A program made the translations under genes and the position numbers. Below, one piece after another: positions 11,560 through 23,776 of a DNA stretch of 64,000 nt. The DNA is from Lama guanicoe (Eukaryota), in contig MU054001.1 of the NCBI GenBank assembly GCA_013239625.1, positions 5,062,167-5,126,166 on the forward strand. Reading direction: 5' to 3'. The notes under the pieces are model-generated. The model searched no databases. It was not told where the DNA came from and saw nothing but the letters and a program-made list of their open reading frames with translations. Position 1 is the stretch's first letter. Each line of letters opens with the position of its first letter.

Positions 11560-12130
11560 AGCACAATGGATGAAGGCTCTCCAGTCAATCAAATTATAGT
11601 TCAATCAGTTCATTTTAATCACTCCTCTGGAGAGAAGTAAAACCCTGTGTTGAGGAATACACAGCAATTTTATTGATGACAAGTTTAATTGTTTCATTTT
11701 TCCTTACTGTCTCCGACACAGTCGACTTTTAATCAGTGGGAGCTGAAGTTCTAATGAAGTAAAGTCCACTTCTCTGCCGTTCACAACTAGCTGGAAATAA
11801 TTGGGCTGAGACTCCCATCCAGACACTGCAGAGCCACTGGCATTTTCCTGAAAACTGGGCTTAATTGCTTTGCTGATGTTGTTAAGTAGTCCTGAGGGGG
11901 TGGAAGTAGTAACACTGCCCACATATGCTGGGAAACAATACCCCAAAATCTCTTAAAAGGGTCCTCAAAGCCTGTCCAACTGGTAGCGAGGAAGAACAAA
12001 TGAAATGGAGTGGGTTTTCTGCAGGCAGAGCCCCGGAAGTGACATGCAGGAGCTGTGACACAGACGGCCACAGCTGGGTCCAGAGCCACTTCGGTATCAA
12101 CATCTACAACTTCTTTCCTTCCCCTGAAAG
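11560..12130. promoter_or_regulatory. Candidate enhancer with ETS site
   Basis: Repeat-free block; CCGGAAGTG at 12033-12041, ttttattg, ttaattg and atcaat motifs, retained CpGs. Confidence 0.3.
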
Positions 12131-12439
12131 CTAAGCAGGATTCCGAGTGCAGGTGCGAGCATGTGAGTGTGTTCACCCGTGTCTGTGTTCTGCCAGCGGC
12201 TTCCAAGGAAGGCATTGGGGTTTTAGGAGCAGGTGGCTGGCTCTGGCCTCTGAAGGAGAGGGCTCATGAGGGCAGGGCTGGAGAGTGCAAGTGTCCGGTG
12301 TCTCAACCCTGAGTGGATGCAGAGGACTGTCTGGACTGGAGAAATTCTAGAGTCCTGGAGTCAAGGCTTGGAAGAAGCAGAGAGATTCCCTCCTTATTTT
12401 GCACCCTGCCCCCCCAAAACAATTTAACTTCACTTGATG

Positions 12440-12715
12440 GGATGACAATGATAATATTAACAACAGCTCTTAGCTTGTGCTCACTTACTATGTGGGCAGA
12501 TATTCGGGCTAAAGACTTTAAATATGCTCTCTTTTATTCCTCATGAAACCCAATAAATCAAGGGCTCTTATTCTCCTCTATTATAAATAAAGAAATCAGA
12601 GCTTTCTCATTTACAAAACTAGCCCACAGCCACTGAGTTGTAGGATTTGAACCTAGAGCTGCAGGACACCAGAACCAGCTCTGCAAGCCCCCATACTGTA
12701 TTTTCAGCCACCACA
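12440..12715 (-). mobile_element. MIR SINE
   Basis: ataatattaacaacagct...cttactatgtgggcag...ggatttgaacctagagct. Confidence 0.6.
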
Positions 12716-12738
12716 ACATCATTAAAAATAGATCTTTT

Positions 12739-13065
12739 TTTTCCATTTTTAAAATTGAGGTATAGTCAGTTTATAATATTGTGTCAATTTCTGGTGTACA
12801 GCACAACACTTCAGTCATACATAAATATACATATATTCATTTTCATATTCTTTTTCACCATAAGCTAGTATAAGATATTGAATATAGTTCCCTGTGCTAT
12901 ATAGTATAAACTTCTTTATCTATTTTGTATATACCAGCCATTATCTATAAATCTTGAACTCCTGGTTTATCCCTTCCTTCTCCCTTCCCCTCTGGTAACC
13001 ATAAGTTTATTTTCTATATCTGTGAGTCTGTTTCTGTTTTATATGTAATTTCATTTGTCTTTTTA
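12739..13065 (-). mobile_element. Young 5'-truncated L1 (artiodactyl/camelid-type 3' UTR) with TSD
   Basis: aaattgaggtatagtcagtttataatattgtgtcaatttctggtgtacagca...aatatagttccctgtgctata...cccctctggtaaccataagttt; TSD aaaaatagatctttt (12724-12738) / aaaaataggtcattt (13066-13080), 13/15 match. Confidence 0.85.
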
Positions 13066-13084
13066 AAAAATAGGTCATTTAAAT

Positions 13085-13290
13085 TAAACATTTGCTATGT
13101 TCCAGGCCTAGTACTAAGCACTTTCTATATATCATCTCACCTAATCTCAAAAGCAACCCTAGGAGGCCTGTTCCCATTTTGAGAATAAAAATAAAGGAAT
13201 TGAGGTCTAGAGAGGGACACTAACAAAGACCACTCAGCTGGGACCATAGCGTGGGTCTGGCTGCTTTGAGAACATGTGTGTTTGCGGACA
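13085..13290 (-). mobile_element. MIR SINE
   Basis: catttgctatgttccaggcctagtactaagcactttctatatatcatctcacctaatctc. Confidence 0.7.
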
Positions 13291-13589
13291 GCACACTGCT
13301 GGAGAAAGAGTCCAGGTCCTGAGTGGGAACTAAGATTTGTGTTCTTTCGATCCATCCAAACCTGAGATTCTTTAATTCTGTGGTTTTGGATCTGGATGAG
13401 ATGGGTCAACATGGGGTCATCTCTTTAACCATCAGAGAAAAGGAAAAAAGAAAAATAGAGTCCAACAACTGTGGTTTTGGAGACCTGAGTTTGATTGTTG
13501 CCTCTGACACCAGTCTGGAGAAATAATTTAACTTCAGTAAGCCTCCATTGTATTGCCTGAAATGGGCTATTGTGAAGATTGAGAGATTG

Positions 13590-14230
13590 TATTTATTCTT
13601 TTGTTCTAGAAATTTTTACTGAGCTTTTAGTCTATGTCAGGAACTGTCCTAGGTCCCAGGAATGCAGCAAGATGCAAGGCAGGTAAGGTCTTGTGGAACT
13701 TAGATTCTCACTGAAAAGTCAGATCATAAACAAGTAAGCAAATCAATAAATAGGAGAATTCTTGCCTGTGATCAGTTCTACAAAGAGCACTATGCAGAGG
13801 GTAACGCCTAGGAATGGTGGGGAGTGTAGATGGGCAGGCAAGGCCTCTAAAGAGAAGATAAGGGACACGCATTATTTGCAGGAGCCAATTATACAGGCAT
13901 CTTAGGGAGTAGCTTGTTAGGGAAAGGTAGCAAAACGTGCAAAAATCTCAAGGCAGGAATAAGCTGGGCTTGTAGAACAGGAAAAGGGGCCAGTGTGGCT
14001 GGAGTGTCATAAATGAGGGGGAAGAGGTTGAGAGGGATGCAATGAACAGATCGTGCAGGACCTGGAAGAACAGGCTACAGAATTCGAATTTAGTTCTAAC
14101 TGCAGTTGGAATCCATTCCAGGGTTCCTAACAGAAAAAAAGGCAACCCTCTATTTACTTTTGTAAAAGAGCATTTTTGGCTGGTTTAAGGGAGTAAGTTT
14201 AGAAATAGAAAGATCAGGTAGGAAGCCCCC
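13590..14230 (-). mobile_element. L2 LINE 3' fragment
   Basis: tttattctt...tttactgagcttttagtctatgtcaggaactgtcctagg; ggccagtgtggctggagtg. Confidence 0.75.
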
Positions 14231-14712
14231 ACTGTAGGACATCCTGAGGTCTCAACAAATAATAGATTGTTATAATAATTATCATCCCCAAAAGGAGTTA
14301 GCACCTGAGAAGATAAATGGTTAAATTTATAGGTAGCAAGAGGAAAAAAAATGTATGATGAGCATTTTTAGAGACAAGTGTTCATGAATCATTATGTTTC
14401 TTAATGAATTGAGAAGTGGTGAATGTGGAAAACAGAAAAAGAAGGAGCCTGGATGATAATGATGAAACACGAGTAATTGATCAGCCTATTTGTTTACAGC
14501 TATTATGACTGTATGATTGCCGAGTCATTTCAATAAATAACAAAAAGGGCCTTAGAATGGATGAATCTGGGAGATGGTAGAACCTTGTCCTTACGTTCTT
14601 ACTACCCAGACAGGATCTCAGCATTTGCCTGTACAGTTCCCAGACTGCATTGTTGATGTCTCTGAGTTAGAAAGAGCAGATAAATAAACTTGTGAAAAAG
14701 GTTATGTGAAGG

Positions 14713-14716
<4 letters not shown>

Positions 14717-14770
<54 letters not shown>
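14717..14770. repeat. Compound microsatellite (GT)13(GA)14
   Basis: Directly visible. Confidence 0.97.
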
Positions 14771-14773
<3 letters not shown>

Positions 14774-15199
14774 TCTCACCTTATCCCAAGCCATGGTGGT
14801 ACTTTTATTTGAATTATTTTTTCTTCTGCTTTTAGGTAACAAAGGGTGAATTAAAATACAATAAAAAAATTACGTGTGGCTGGTGGGGGGAGTGAAAAGA
14901 AGAATGACGTCCTCCTGGCATTTGTTTCAAAGCTGTAGAGTGTCTTGACAGCATCGAGAGAGATTTTTCTCCTTTAAACTAGGTTTTGGAAAATGTGCTT
15001 CATTTAAGCAAATCGATATCTTTAATTTCGGCCTGGTGCTCTGGATTTAGTGCGCGATTTCCAGGGACACATAGGAAGAGTCAAGCCTCATAACTTTGCA
15101 TAGTTTCTGTGAAAAGGAAGCAGAAGATCAAGATAGACTAAGTGGTTATTTTCAGGAATAATTTAACTTTCTTCTCCTTGGTAGAATATGGACTGCTTG

Positions 15200-16200
15200 T
15201 CAAGTCATAGTGCAGTGAAGAAAAATAAAGGAAGGAAGTGGGTAGGGAGTTTTAATTGTGGAGAATGTAGCTGTAAATATTATGGCCTGAGAAGACCTTG
15301 CAGAGAAGGTGACATTTGAATAAAGACATGCAGGAGATGAGGAGGCACCCAGGTAGAAATATGGGGGAAGAGGAGCCCAAGCAGAGAGAGCAGAAAGGGC
15401 AAAGGCTCTGAGACTGGGGCAGGCTTGGGTGTCTGGGGGAGTCGCAGTGTGGCTGGAGTGGAGGGAGAAAGTAAGAGTGTTTGGATCACGTGGGGCTTTG
15501 TGGTTCATTTGGAGGAATTTTGCCTTCACCCTGAGTGACGTGGAAGCTCTCACTTGAGGGTTTTGAACAGAAAAGTGTTGTGATCTACCTTGCTTATTAA
15601 CAGGATCTCTCTGAGGTTCTGTTGAAAATATCCTGAAAGGGAGCAAGGTGGAATCAGGGAGAACTGAGGGATCATGGTAGGCTGGACCAAGACTTGATTC
15701 AGTGGAAGTGGCAAGAAGTGTAAGATCTGGTTGTTTTGTTGAGCAAATAAGATTTGCTGATGGGTTGATTGTGGGATATGAGAGAAAGAATAGAGTTATT
15801 AATGACTCCTGGGATTTCGGCTGAAGCCAACAGAAGAACAGAGTTGCCATTTATGGGTATGGGGAAGATTGTGGGAGGACCAGGCATGGGGACCAGAGAT
15901 CAGGAGTCCATTTGGGTCATGTTAAGATTGAAATATCTTTTATATGTACAAGGAGAGATGTTATAGAGACATTTGGATGGATATGACTGAAGTTCAGGGT
16001 AGAGGTCCAGGTTGGAAATACAAACTGGGGAGTTGTCAACATTTAGCTGATGATGGAAAGTCATGAGACTGTATAAGCCCATCAAAGGACTGAGGATGTA
16101 TATTAAAGAGAATAACTTTAAAACTGCCCCCAGGGACCTCCCACTTTTGAATTTCATTGTTTTAATTATGGGAAAATTAAGAAGATGAAGAAGCAAATGA
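15200..16200 (-). mobile_element. L2 LINE fragment (~1 kb)
   Basis: gaaggtgacatttgaataaagac, agagttgccatttatgggtatggggaaga, gaagttcagggtagaggtccaggttggaaatacaaactggggagttgtcaacat are L2 ORF2/3' antisense hallmarks. Confidence 0.85.
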
Positions 16201-17892
16201 AAGAAAAAACTGCTAATCCCAGCTTCCATATTGGATTTCTATTACTGCAAGTGCTTCACTTGCCAGGTGTCTGTCTATCCATCCATCCACCCAACCATCA
16301 TACCTCTCTGTTTCATGGTATGTGTGAAAGAACATTGACAATTTTACAAAGTTGGGATCTCAAATGAGTTTTGTCTCTAGTAAGTTATTCACCTGGCCAC
16401 CCAACTTCCTTGGCCTCAGTCTCCCTGCTGGTCAACTGAGAGTATTGAGCTATGAGGTCTCTAAAAGCTTGCCTACTCTGATGTTCTATGGTTTTAGAGA
16501 TATCAGAAAAACTGGGGAGTCCTTATTTGAGTTGTCTCACTTGGCTCCAACTGGATAAATATGGCAAGAGTTGCTCTTCGCTTCTTGCTACTTCATTTAT
16601 TCCTGACTGCACGAAAAGTCACACATTCAAAATAGTATCAATCCTCTAAGTCCACTGTCTCTAGGTTCCCAAATTCCTTTCTATCCAAATTCCTTGAGCT
16701 TCCCTCTGCTTTGAGGATGACTTTGCTGTACTGAGGTGCTGACATGTAGATGTTGGAAGCTTTGCTGAACAGGCAGTTTGGGGAGCAGAGTGTCAAACTG
16801 TCCAGGGGCAGAGCACGGGCAGTTCTCATTGGGACCACTTGCTGATGGACTCTCGCCAGTTGGCTCATCTCTTCTTGTAGTATTGTTATTTTAGAGACAA
16901 GGAAAGGCCAGCAGGTTTAAAAAAATATGTATCTCAGAAGTTGTCTTTGTCATCAGTCAAGTTGTGACAGCCCTTATCCATATGCATAACAGAATACTAA
17001 CTTGCCTCTAAGTTTGACCTCCTGATGTCTTTTTTGGGTGAGAAGCTGGTTCTTCCACAGATGTAGGCCAAAGACCCTTAGCCCTATCCTGTCCTAAATA
17101 TCTGACCAGGTTTAAGGCTCTAAGAACTTAGAGTTGGGGGCGCTTCCTGGGAACTTCATATCATTTCAGTTTCACTCTCCGATAACAATCCTTTATCTTT
17201 CCATTAACTGTCCTCTGCCCATCAAGCCATCTGCTAATTGCTACTATAAATTATTAACACAGATGACCACACCCAACATCTGGGTAGGTTAATCTTAGCC
17301 TGGGTCACCTTGATGACTCCAGCTATCGGTAATGTGTTTGAAGCTTTGGCATAGACCAAGGAAGGAGTACCTAACATTGGCCATTGGCTTCTAGGCAGAT
17401 ACTGGGCCTCTGGCCATGAACATCTTTATTTATGATCTTCCTTTCAACTTTCTCAGGCAAAGCAGTTGTCATAATAGAGTAGGTGCAATTTATTTTGGTC
17501 TTGGCAAAGGATTATCCCCCTTCCCCTGGCTTTCCTCTTCTTTCTCCCTCTTTCTTTGACATTATTTGTCAAATGATTCAAAGGTAATTTTTAATATCTT
17601 TACATCACACTGAAGCTAAGTTCTGTTTGGGTTATTAATGATTAAATATCTTCTAGTCATCCACCTGCACAGTCTGTAACAAATTATCCCAAAAAGGAGA
17701 TTAATTCCATTACAAGTTTGAATAAAAAAATGACAAGAGAATGCCCTGCAGTCTATAGAACTGAGCAGTTACACCAAAAACCTCCCATATATCTGGGAAA
17801 TTGTTGGTTTTATGGGAAGTACCTGAATCTCTCCTTCAAAGGTCATTTAGCAGGTATTTATTGAGGCTTTGTGGCATATTAGCCTGGTGTGG

Positions 17893-18072
17893 GGTGCTGC
17901 ACAACTCGGTTAATCCTCAGAATCACATAGGGAACTTGGCAGAAATGCTATGCTCACTTTAGACCTACTGAATCAGGACTTTTGTGAGTAGAGCCTAGGA
18001 ACAGGCATTTTTGGAAGACTCTCCAAGAAATTCTGATGCAGCCAGAGTACAAAACTGCTTTGAAATCTCTGT
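17893..18072. mobile_element. MER5-type (hAT-Charlie) MITE nested in an L2 3' end
   Basis: cagaatcacatagggaactt...agacctactgaatcaggact...gagcctaggaacaggcattttt...attctgatgcagcc. Confidence 0.6.
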
Positions 18073-18436
18073 GGTGGAGGATATAAGAAAAGGAGAGGCA
18101 GATTCCTTGCCCAAAGAGGGTTTATAATCTCAGAGGGTCCTAGGATTTACCCAGGATAAATTATCAAATAATAAAGGCCATCGAAGGTTTAGGGTGAATG
18201 AGCTTGCTTCTTAGTGAGATAATAAAAGTATGTTTTGTAAATTATGACAACTATAGATGTTGAGTCAATATTAGAAACAGGCTGTTTGGAAGGGAAAGTA
18301 AGACTTGAGATGGCTTCATAGGTGATGAATGAAACCACCCATTAAATCCAGGTAGGAGTAATAAGTGGTTAAAGTTTTGATTGTCCAAGGGCTTGAAGAA
18401 TGAGATTTTGATAGATCTGTTTATCTATCTATTTTA

Positions 18437-18496
<60 letters not shown>
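18437..18496. repeat. (ATCT)15 / GATA tetranucleotide microsatellite
   Basis: Directly visible perfect array with degenerate flanks. Confidence 0.97.
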
Positions 18497-18499
<3 letters not shown>

Positions 18500-18569
18500 A
18501 TCTAATTTATCTAGCTTTGGTTTATTAAGTTGGCTTTAATTTTATTATTAGTGGTCTTTCTAGCACATA

Positions 18570-18720
18570 TGAGGTGGACAAGGTCAGCCATTCTGGATAT
18601 GAGTTCTGGATCAGCTTTGCTAGCTTCTTGACTTTGAATAAGCCTTTCCTCCTCTCTAAGTCTCAATTTTCCCATCTGTGAAAGAGGAGACTGGATTTGA
18701 CGACTTGTAAGTTTGCTGCA
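18570..18720 (+). mobile_element. MIR SINE fragment
   Basis: gactttgaataagcctttcctcctctctaagtctcaattttcccatctgtgaaag. Confidence 0.65.
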
Positions 18721-19539
18721 AAGTTGTATGAAAATAGAAGAGTCCATTTTCCTGCCTTAGCAAGGACAGTTTAGTGGCCATGGTGGAATCCTTCTTTCAC
18801 ACTGAAGGACCCAGAAGGACCTTCAGCCCTCATCCTGAATATTAGCTCCCATTTATCAAAGACTGAGTTTAGGAAAGGTATAAGAGATTTGGCTGAATGT
18901 TAACTGAGCACAGACTAAACTATAGAAGGTTATTTTCTCTAAAAAGACTAAATACCAGCTTTGAGTTCTTTTTGGCATCATCTGAATCTTTCTCTCAGAA
19001 GCGGATGCAGGGAGCAAAAATACTACTATCTTGGGTAATAATAGCGGGTGGATGTTGTAATTAATTTGTAAGATACTTTACTTACTATTATCCACAGCAA
19101 TGAAGAGGGCGTGTCATTTACAAATAAGGGTTTATCAAGCACTTATTACTGGGAAGCTCCATGCTAATTCAAACCAGCTTATATACCCCAAGTTGGAATG
19201 CTCTGGAAATATTCTTTGCTGCAATCTGGCTTTTCTCATCATGTCAAATAGACAAATGGTAAAAAACCAGCTTGTATTCCCTGAGCCACCAGACTGATGA
19301 GTTAGGTTGTTGGTAAGGAGGTGGGTGGTTGGGTGGGTGTTGGGCCATTTCCTTTAGCGTCTTCAGTATGGGCCATACCCAGCAGCCCATTCATGCCTTT
19401 GGTCCTGTGATCCATACACTAGAAAGGATCTTTTTGCATGGTCAAACCCATCCATTCCTTATCACTTAAAACCTGCATCCTCCAAGAAAGCTTCCATGGC
19501 TCATCTCATTCCCCCTGTCTTCGGTCCAGCTGTACCTTC

Positions 19540-19735
19540 TGCTATTTACTGAGCACTTAGAGGGGGCCAGGCACTGTGTGCTAAACATTCATCTCTGTAA
19601 CATTATCCTACCTATGATGGAAGCACTAGGATGTTACTCACATTTGGCAGAAAAGGAAGTTTAGAGACATTAATCCACTTGTTTGAGATCCCACAGCTAT
19701 TAGGAGGTGGGAACAAAATTGAAACCCAGGTCATT
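19540..19735 (-). mobile_element. MIR SINE
   Basis: tatttactgagcacttag...gccaggcactgtgtgctaaac...cacagctattaggaggtgggaacaaaattgaaacccaggtc. Confidence 0.7.
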
Positions 19736-21509
19736 GTGGGTTTTGGCCTCTTCATTCTCCTTCACTTTTTAGTTGGATCCTCATTTGCCTCATAACAACT
19801 TGGCATCTTAAGTTTGTATTGAGCTTGACCCATAGCAGTCTCTTTCTTAGTAAATGTTTGTGGAGTTCAGTGTAGGTGGTCCATTTGGTTACCATCCAAC
19901 TGGTGCCTGGCTTTGAGGGCTGGAAAAAGAATGACTGGAAGTCCATGGAGGTCCATGCCCCTCCTCTCTCCCACCAGCATTACCAGTGAGTTCTCCCCAG
20001 CTACCCATTGAGAAGAAGCCTGAGGAACCAAAGCATCAGCTCCTAAATACAGAGAAGACCTGCCGTTTAATAGGAAGCAAATGATTACTGTCTTTGTGTG
20101 TAATAAAGAGGGTGGGTGGGAAAAGTAGTGATCATTTCTCTGAGTGAAAAATAAAAGACATCAGTGCTCACTGGAAAAATTATCCTTTTTCTATAGAATT
20201 AATCTAATCATCTCGAGAAAATTTTACTTATTGGGGACCAATTATTCTAATGATTTAATAATCTCTCTATCTTTTTACCAAATGAAAGAAAGACAACCCT
20301 ATTATGGAAAGGAAATCAGCTTCACATATTAGAAGACTGGGTACAGGTCCTTTGAGCCATGGACTTTTTAGCAGATATTTATGATTTGATTCTATGCAAC
20401 TACAAAGCATCTGTGGACAGGTTGCCTTAGAGATCACTGCTTTCCCAGCAACTGCAAAGATGATGAAGAGCAACACTTTAGATATTATGCATTTGCTGTT
20501 CAGTTATTGCTAATTTTTTGGAATCTGGGGATGTTCAGTTTCCAGAAATAAGATGCAATATTACAAGGACACAAGGGGTTCATTTTCAGCACTATTTATA
20601 CAAATTTAAGGATTTGATGCAAAAGCAAGTTAGAAAATGCATCCTTAGAGTTTGATTATGTGCACAGGGAAACAACCACCTCAAACCTGCTAGATTTTTG
20701 CTTGTTCTGTGTTTGCCACAGAAATGAATGCTAGACCAATTGTGCATTAGCAGCTTGAAAAATGTACTAGGGCTTTATTTTGCATTCAAGACAAACGATG
20801 TCTCGTTTGTTTTGCATTTAAAATAGGAACGTTGCATCAATAACCCCAGCCTAACCTCACCCGGTACCTGCAAAGGGAGATGGGAAGGCCAGCATAATTG
20901 AGTATGTGGCTTCACCTCTAAACAAGGGACAAGGGCAAATGTAGTTTTACCCTTGTGAGGGGTTTCTGGAAGGAGACAATACTTTTTTCTTTTAAGGATG
21001 GCCACATTCCTTGGTTGAATTCTGTGGCTTCATGACGCAGGCCAACAATTTAAAAAGTGGACTTGAAGCCATGGTGACAGCAGAGAGGCTGTCACTAGCC
21101 ACAAAGAATCTGGACCTGGTGCAGTGAAGCTGAGGATGTTTCACCTGCATGACATTTGGTCACAGATGATCTCTCCACACCCTGTGACAGCACTGTTAGG
21201 TAAGAAGAAACATGGCTTGATATCCCCTTCAGGCAAATAAAGACCTGGGACCCAGAGAGTTAAAGGGACTTGCTTGCAGTCAGGAAGCATGTGTTGGGGA
21301 GCCTGGGTGGAGCTCTCTGAATTAGTGCAGGGATCATGTTGCTAGAACCTCCATGCCTCCACTCTGCTTTCCCTGACAATGGTAGTAGCCTTTCCTTTCC
21401 CTATTTTACTTAGAGCATGGTTTTTACTCTTTTTTTTAAAAAAATCAAATCTCACAGATCCTGAATTTCTAGTGTCCTGGGTAAAACCTAATAAAGTGAA
21501 ATCAAGCAT

Positions 21510-21940
21510 TAAGGTGTGGTGGTTGGAAGACCTGGTAGCTAGGCTCTGGAGTTAGGAGCAGGGCAGAACTAAAGTTGCCTCCTGTGTGATCTTAGGCAAG
21601 ACACCAACTTCTCTGATCTTGGTGCTTTCATCATTGAAATGGAAATACGAGTATCCTCCACTGTTTTGAAAGGCCTCTTTATGCCACTTCACTTTTATAA
21701 AAGACCTACATTAGTACCGGTTTTCACTAACTGAAAGACATCTGAAGAAGATTTTTTGCTTTTACAAAAGGTGAAAAAGCAAAAATTGCTTCTTCGTTTT
21801 ATACCATTTTGGTTTACAAAAGTTTTCATAGGAATGCTCTACTTCTGGATATGGACAGAAACCTGTGATAACACATTATCTTGGATGAAGTAGAATGACA
21901 TACATTAAGTATACAGTAGTCATCCATTGTGAGCCCCCAG
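21510..21940 (+). mobile_element. MIR SINE interrupted by a Tigger MITE
   Basis: ggctctggagttagg...tgtgtgatcttaggcaag...tgaaatggaaata before the insert; the MIR tail resumes after 21865. Confidence 0.6.
21648..21865. mobile_element. Tigger (TcMar) MITE, Laurasiatherian Tigger1a-like short form
   Basis: Degenerate TIRs cgagtatcctccac.../...ggacagaaacctg, flanked by TA/TG; internal aaagacctacattagtacc and ttcataggaatgctctactt. Confidence 0.7.
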
Positions 21941-22742
21941 TTCATATCGTGATGATTGTCTTTGATGGCTTAATCTAAAGGGATTTGACTGAAGACAAAA
22001 TTATGGTGAAGGCAACTTTTGGGGTGCTGTTGGAATGCTCCTGTCATATTTCATGGGTAGCTGCTTCTTTCTACTTCAGCTGAGGCATAGAAATAGAATT
22101 TTGCAATAGGGAAGATTGTTGGGGGTCCTTGTTTGACCCAACTTCGTTTTGTAAATGGGCTCATTGAGGCCTAGAGACAGGAAGGGACACACAGAATTAA
22201 GTGGAGAGAAAGGAGAAATAAGCAGAGTGGAAATATGACATATGGGATAAAGTCCAGAGCTACAGTGCACAGGCTGGATCTGCACAGGGGCACTGGGCTG
22301 AGAAGTGAGCAATTCTTACCTCCTCCGGGGGCTGAGTGCCTGGGCAGTGTATAAAGGTGTCACATGAGCTGGTAGAGACTTGCAGGCTATCCTTCCTAAA
22401 GTCAGGAAACTTGGGATCTAGGCTCTGCTGGGGTGATATCCTTTCTTTGGGACATTTCAGTTTTCTTTTTCACTAGAGTATGGTTTCCTCACTGCTCTCA
22501 GAGCTGCTGCAGCATTGAGTGAGATAATGGATGTAAAATATGCATGGTACATTGTGAAATGCCTAGGCTGTCTCCCGCTAGTCCTGGAGCCTCCTCTTTC
22601 TCTGGACTTCATTCAGTGCCTCTTCTATTTTCCCTCAAGCCTAATCAGGTTAGGTTTTCATCCTGGCCTGCCTCTGATTTTGAGATTGCCTTGCTTACCT
22701 CTGCTACCTCAGTATTCAAGTCTGTCCTACACACATTTGGTA

Positions 22743-23140
22743 GCTTCATCAGTGAGGACTCTTTGGATAAAGTGTCAGAAAACCAACTCAAATTGGCTTG
22801 AGTCAGTGGGAAAGGGGGAAACATTTTCTAATTCATGAGACTGAGAAGTTCAAGTGTAGTGTGGCTTAAATTTTGACTCTCAGTTCTGTTTTCACTTTTT
22901 TTTACTTCAATTTTCAAGGAGCCTCTCCTCACATGGTGGCCAAGAGATGTGTCTGGTAGCCTTAGGCTTGTATTCGATCCACAAAAATCCCAGGATTGAA
23001 TCTCATTGGACCCATGTTAGTCACACGTCTTGTTTGAACCAATTACTGTGCCCAGGATAATGGAATATGCTAAGATGAGTGATGTTTACCCCTCTGGAGC
23101 AGATTTTAGGATCATCTGCCCCCATGCTATATGAACTGAG
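22743..23140 (-). mobile_element. Old MLT1 (J/K-like) MaLR LTR
   Basis: gtgtcagaaaaccaactcaaattggcttgag; tcccaggattgaatctcattgg; tgaaccaattactgtgcccaggataatggaatatgct. Confidence 0.65.
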
Positions 23141-23142
23141 TG

Positions 23143-23206
23143 GTGTGTGTGTGTGTGTGTTAGAGAGAGAGACAGAGAGCTAGAGAGACAGAGACAGAGA
23201 TAGAGA
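23143..23206. repeat. (GT)9 followed by degenerate (GA/GACA) tract
   Basis: Directly visible. Confidence 0.9.
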
Positions 23207-23776
23207 TATGGAAAGATTCCTCCAAGGCTAGAAATTTGCTTAAAATAAAAAAATTTAAAACATTTTAATGACCTGAAAGCTTCCAAAGAAAACTAAATTT
23301 ATTGACTAGATAAACTGAACAAAAGATAGAAAATGAGTGTCTATTATGATTTTCTCCTACAGATTGGCCTCTGTCCTGACAGAATCAGATCTCATGCTGG
23401 CACTGGTCTTTCTTCTTCCTCTTTTTAAATTGCTCTCTTCCAGGCTCTTTGATCCCTGCTTCTCTGCCCCTCCTTCTCTTCAGGCTCCTGGGTAAGAACA
23501 GAAGACAGACGGCTAAGGCAGGTGTCCAGCTGACTTGGTTCCCTGCAGGGTGCCTCCCTCTCCGCTGGGGAGACCAAGACCTCCATGGAAATCTCTGATA
23601 TCAGTACCAGGAACTGTTTCACCCACCCTCTGTCTGGATCCCCAATACTGTTCTGGTGTTTCAGTTTCTATCCCAGTGTCTCGAACCTGCTCTGTGGTCC
23701 CAAATTTAACAAACCTTTTTCCACTCATCATTTCCACCCAGTTACCATCTGGATGCTCTGTTCCCATTGCAGCAAA

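Noticed and set aside
15200..15850. Longest ORF (216 aa, minus strand)
   Set aside because: It lies wholly within an L2 remnant and is a chance open frame through decayed, frameshifted L2 sequence.
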